From assembly GCF_963506605.1 (NCBI RefSeq), contig NC_083288.1, positions 29,326,001 to 29,390,000 of the forward strand: DNA of 64,000 nt, in the 5' to 3' direction. Both the position numbers and the translations under genes were made by a program. The DNA comes from Zootoca vivipara (lineage: Eukaryota). The notes under the pieces were generated by a model. That model made no database searches. It was given only the letters and a program-made list of their open reading frames with translations, and was not told the DNA's origin. Every line of letters starts with the position of its first letter. Positions within the stretch are counted from its first letter, which is position 1. Below are positions 62,318 through 64,000 of this stretch, piece by piece.

Positions 62318-63074
62318 ATGGTAGGCAACTTTATCATTATTACCTTGGTGTGCTGTGAAAACAGCCTTCACTCCCCAATGTACATGTTTATTGCCAACTT
62401 GTCTATTTTGGAGGCTCTCTACACCACCACAGTTATCCCCAAAATGCTAGTCAACTTCATGAGTCAGAGAAAATCCATCTCCTTCCATAGTTGTATCTTG
62501 CAAGCCTACATTTTCTTCTCAGCAGGTTCCAGTGAGTTCTTCCTTTTGGCTGTCATGTCGTTTGACCGCTATCTTGCCATTTGTAACCCACTGAGATATG
62601 CAGCCATCATGACCATTGCCTCCAGCTTATTGCTGCTTCCTGGATGTGGGGCTTCTTTGCAGTCCTACCACCTACAGTCCTGGTAGGCCAGCTGCCATTT
62701 TGTGGACCCAATGTCATTAAACATTTCTTTTGTGATGTTGACCCCTTACTCAAGCTGGCCTGCTTTGATGTAAGGAAAATTGAAATGATTAATTTTGTAA
62801 GTGCAGCCTTGCTCCTTCTGGGTTCATTACTGGTGACAAGTGTGTCCTATATCTTCATCATTGGAACAGTGCTGAGGATCCCTGCAGCCAAAGGACGACA
62901 GAAAGCATTCTCTACGTGTGCCTCTCACCTAATTGTGGTGACACTCTACTATGGGAGTTGCATTTTCATGTATGTACAGCCACAAAAAAATCACTCTTTG
63001 GACCTGAACAAGGTAGTCAGCATACTGAACACAGTCATAACTCCATTGCTGAACCCTTTCATTTATAGTCTGAG
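62318..63074 (+). pseudogene. OR6-like pseudogene, near-identical inverted partial copy of 18996-19997
   Basis: Lacks the N-terminus and most of TM1, has a 7-bp frameshifting deletion (GCGCCTT) near 62616, and is truncated after IYSLR. Confidence 0.93.
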
Positions 63075-63822
63075 ACAAAGCTACCCCCCCCCCCCCGGAA
63101 CCCCTTTAACGGGATTAAATCTCCAAATTCTGGGCAGACAATGACGTGATCTGCCCCCCTTTTTCTTTTATTCAAATTTGCTCCAAGAACTTCCTCGATG
63201 CACGCTACCAGGGCCTCGCAGATTTTATCCATTCAAGGCTAAAACCTTTCTGGCCACTGCCAGATCCAAAAACTTCATTGATTTATTGATAGCAGTGGGG
63301 GTGTTAAAGTAGCACCAAAATGCGTCTCTCTAGCCGAGAAGACCAAAGGATTTTGCAAGGCGGCCCTGGGCCTTTACAGCTGGGAGGAGCTCGCCCCAGC
63401 ACATCCATCTCCTTGTAAACCGGGAAACTCTGATCCGTGGGGGTCGCCCCAAATTTGTTTTTGTTTATGTATTTATTTGTATTTGTTTATGTATTTATTT
63501 ATTCATCTTATAATTGGAACAATCAGCACATGTGTGGTTTAGTAAAGCATATACAGTACTGTCACCATTTGCACAAGTTGCACAAGTTAAAGCAGACTTG
63601 CTTTCCCACATGGAAATTGAACCTGCAACCTTGGGGTTATCAGCACTAATATCCTATCAACCCAGAAATAATACCTCAAAGTTCCCGGGTTGGTCATCTA
63701 TGGAACCTGCCACTTAGGCGTTATCAACACTAGGATGAGACCTTGGTGGTCGCCTATTCCCAACCCTTGTAATGAATAATATGCACCTATCCCATAATGA
63801 ATAATATGCACCTATCCCACCT

Positions 63823-64000
63823 GGGACCCAGGTGGCACTGTGGTTAAACCACTGAGCCTAGGGCTTGCTGATCAGAAGGTCGGCGGTTCGAATCCCTGTG
63901 ACGGGGTGAGCTCCCGTTGCTTGGTCCTAGCTCCTGCCAACCTAGCAGTTCGAAAGCACCTCAAATTGCAAGTAGATAAATAGGAACCGCTACAGCGGGA
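63823..64000 (+). mobile_element. Sauria-type SINE running off the window end
   Basis: GGGACCCAGGTGGCACTGTGGTTAAACC head; preceded by a 25-bp tandem duplication at 63770-63819. Confidence 0.9.

Overview
Eukaryotic, repeat-rich DNA from a squamate reptile. Sauria-type SINEs, BovB and a Penelope-type hairpin point to a lizard, probably a lacertid (inference). The window is an olfactory receptor (OR) cluster with 9 intact single-coding-exon OR ORFs (6 OR14-like, 2 OR6-like, 1 OR4-like) and several OR fragments or pseudogenes. Nearly the whole window is a nested palindrome. Young inverted arms (~404-17620 vs ~30929-61355) enclose an older, more diverged inverted pair of OR6-like genes with their upstream DNA (~18990-21785 vs ~26478-29760), which in turn enclose one OR4-like gene. 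The inner breakpoint of the young arms lies on a perfect 10-bp hairpin. Each arm has its own tandem duplication, deletions and arm-specific transposon insertions with target-site duplications (TSDs). Mobile elements include two families of tyrosine-recombinase (Ngaro/DIRS-like) retrotransposons with an SGNH-hydrolase-like ORF behind an apparently conserved same-phase splice acceptor, a Ty1/copia 3' end with LTR, a 5'-inverted BovB, Penelope-like remnants with hammerhead-ribozyme cores, hAT and Tc1/mariner MITEs, L1 fragments and SINEs. No CRISPR, rRNA or true tRNA gene was seen. I found no clearly new biological system. The best leads are the putative spliced hydrolase exon of the Ngaro-like elements, the palindromic OR architecture with mosaic paralogues, and a shuffled OR promoter/exon-1 module. 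All comparisons were made by eye; family names come from motif recognition, not database searches.
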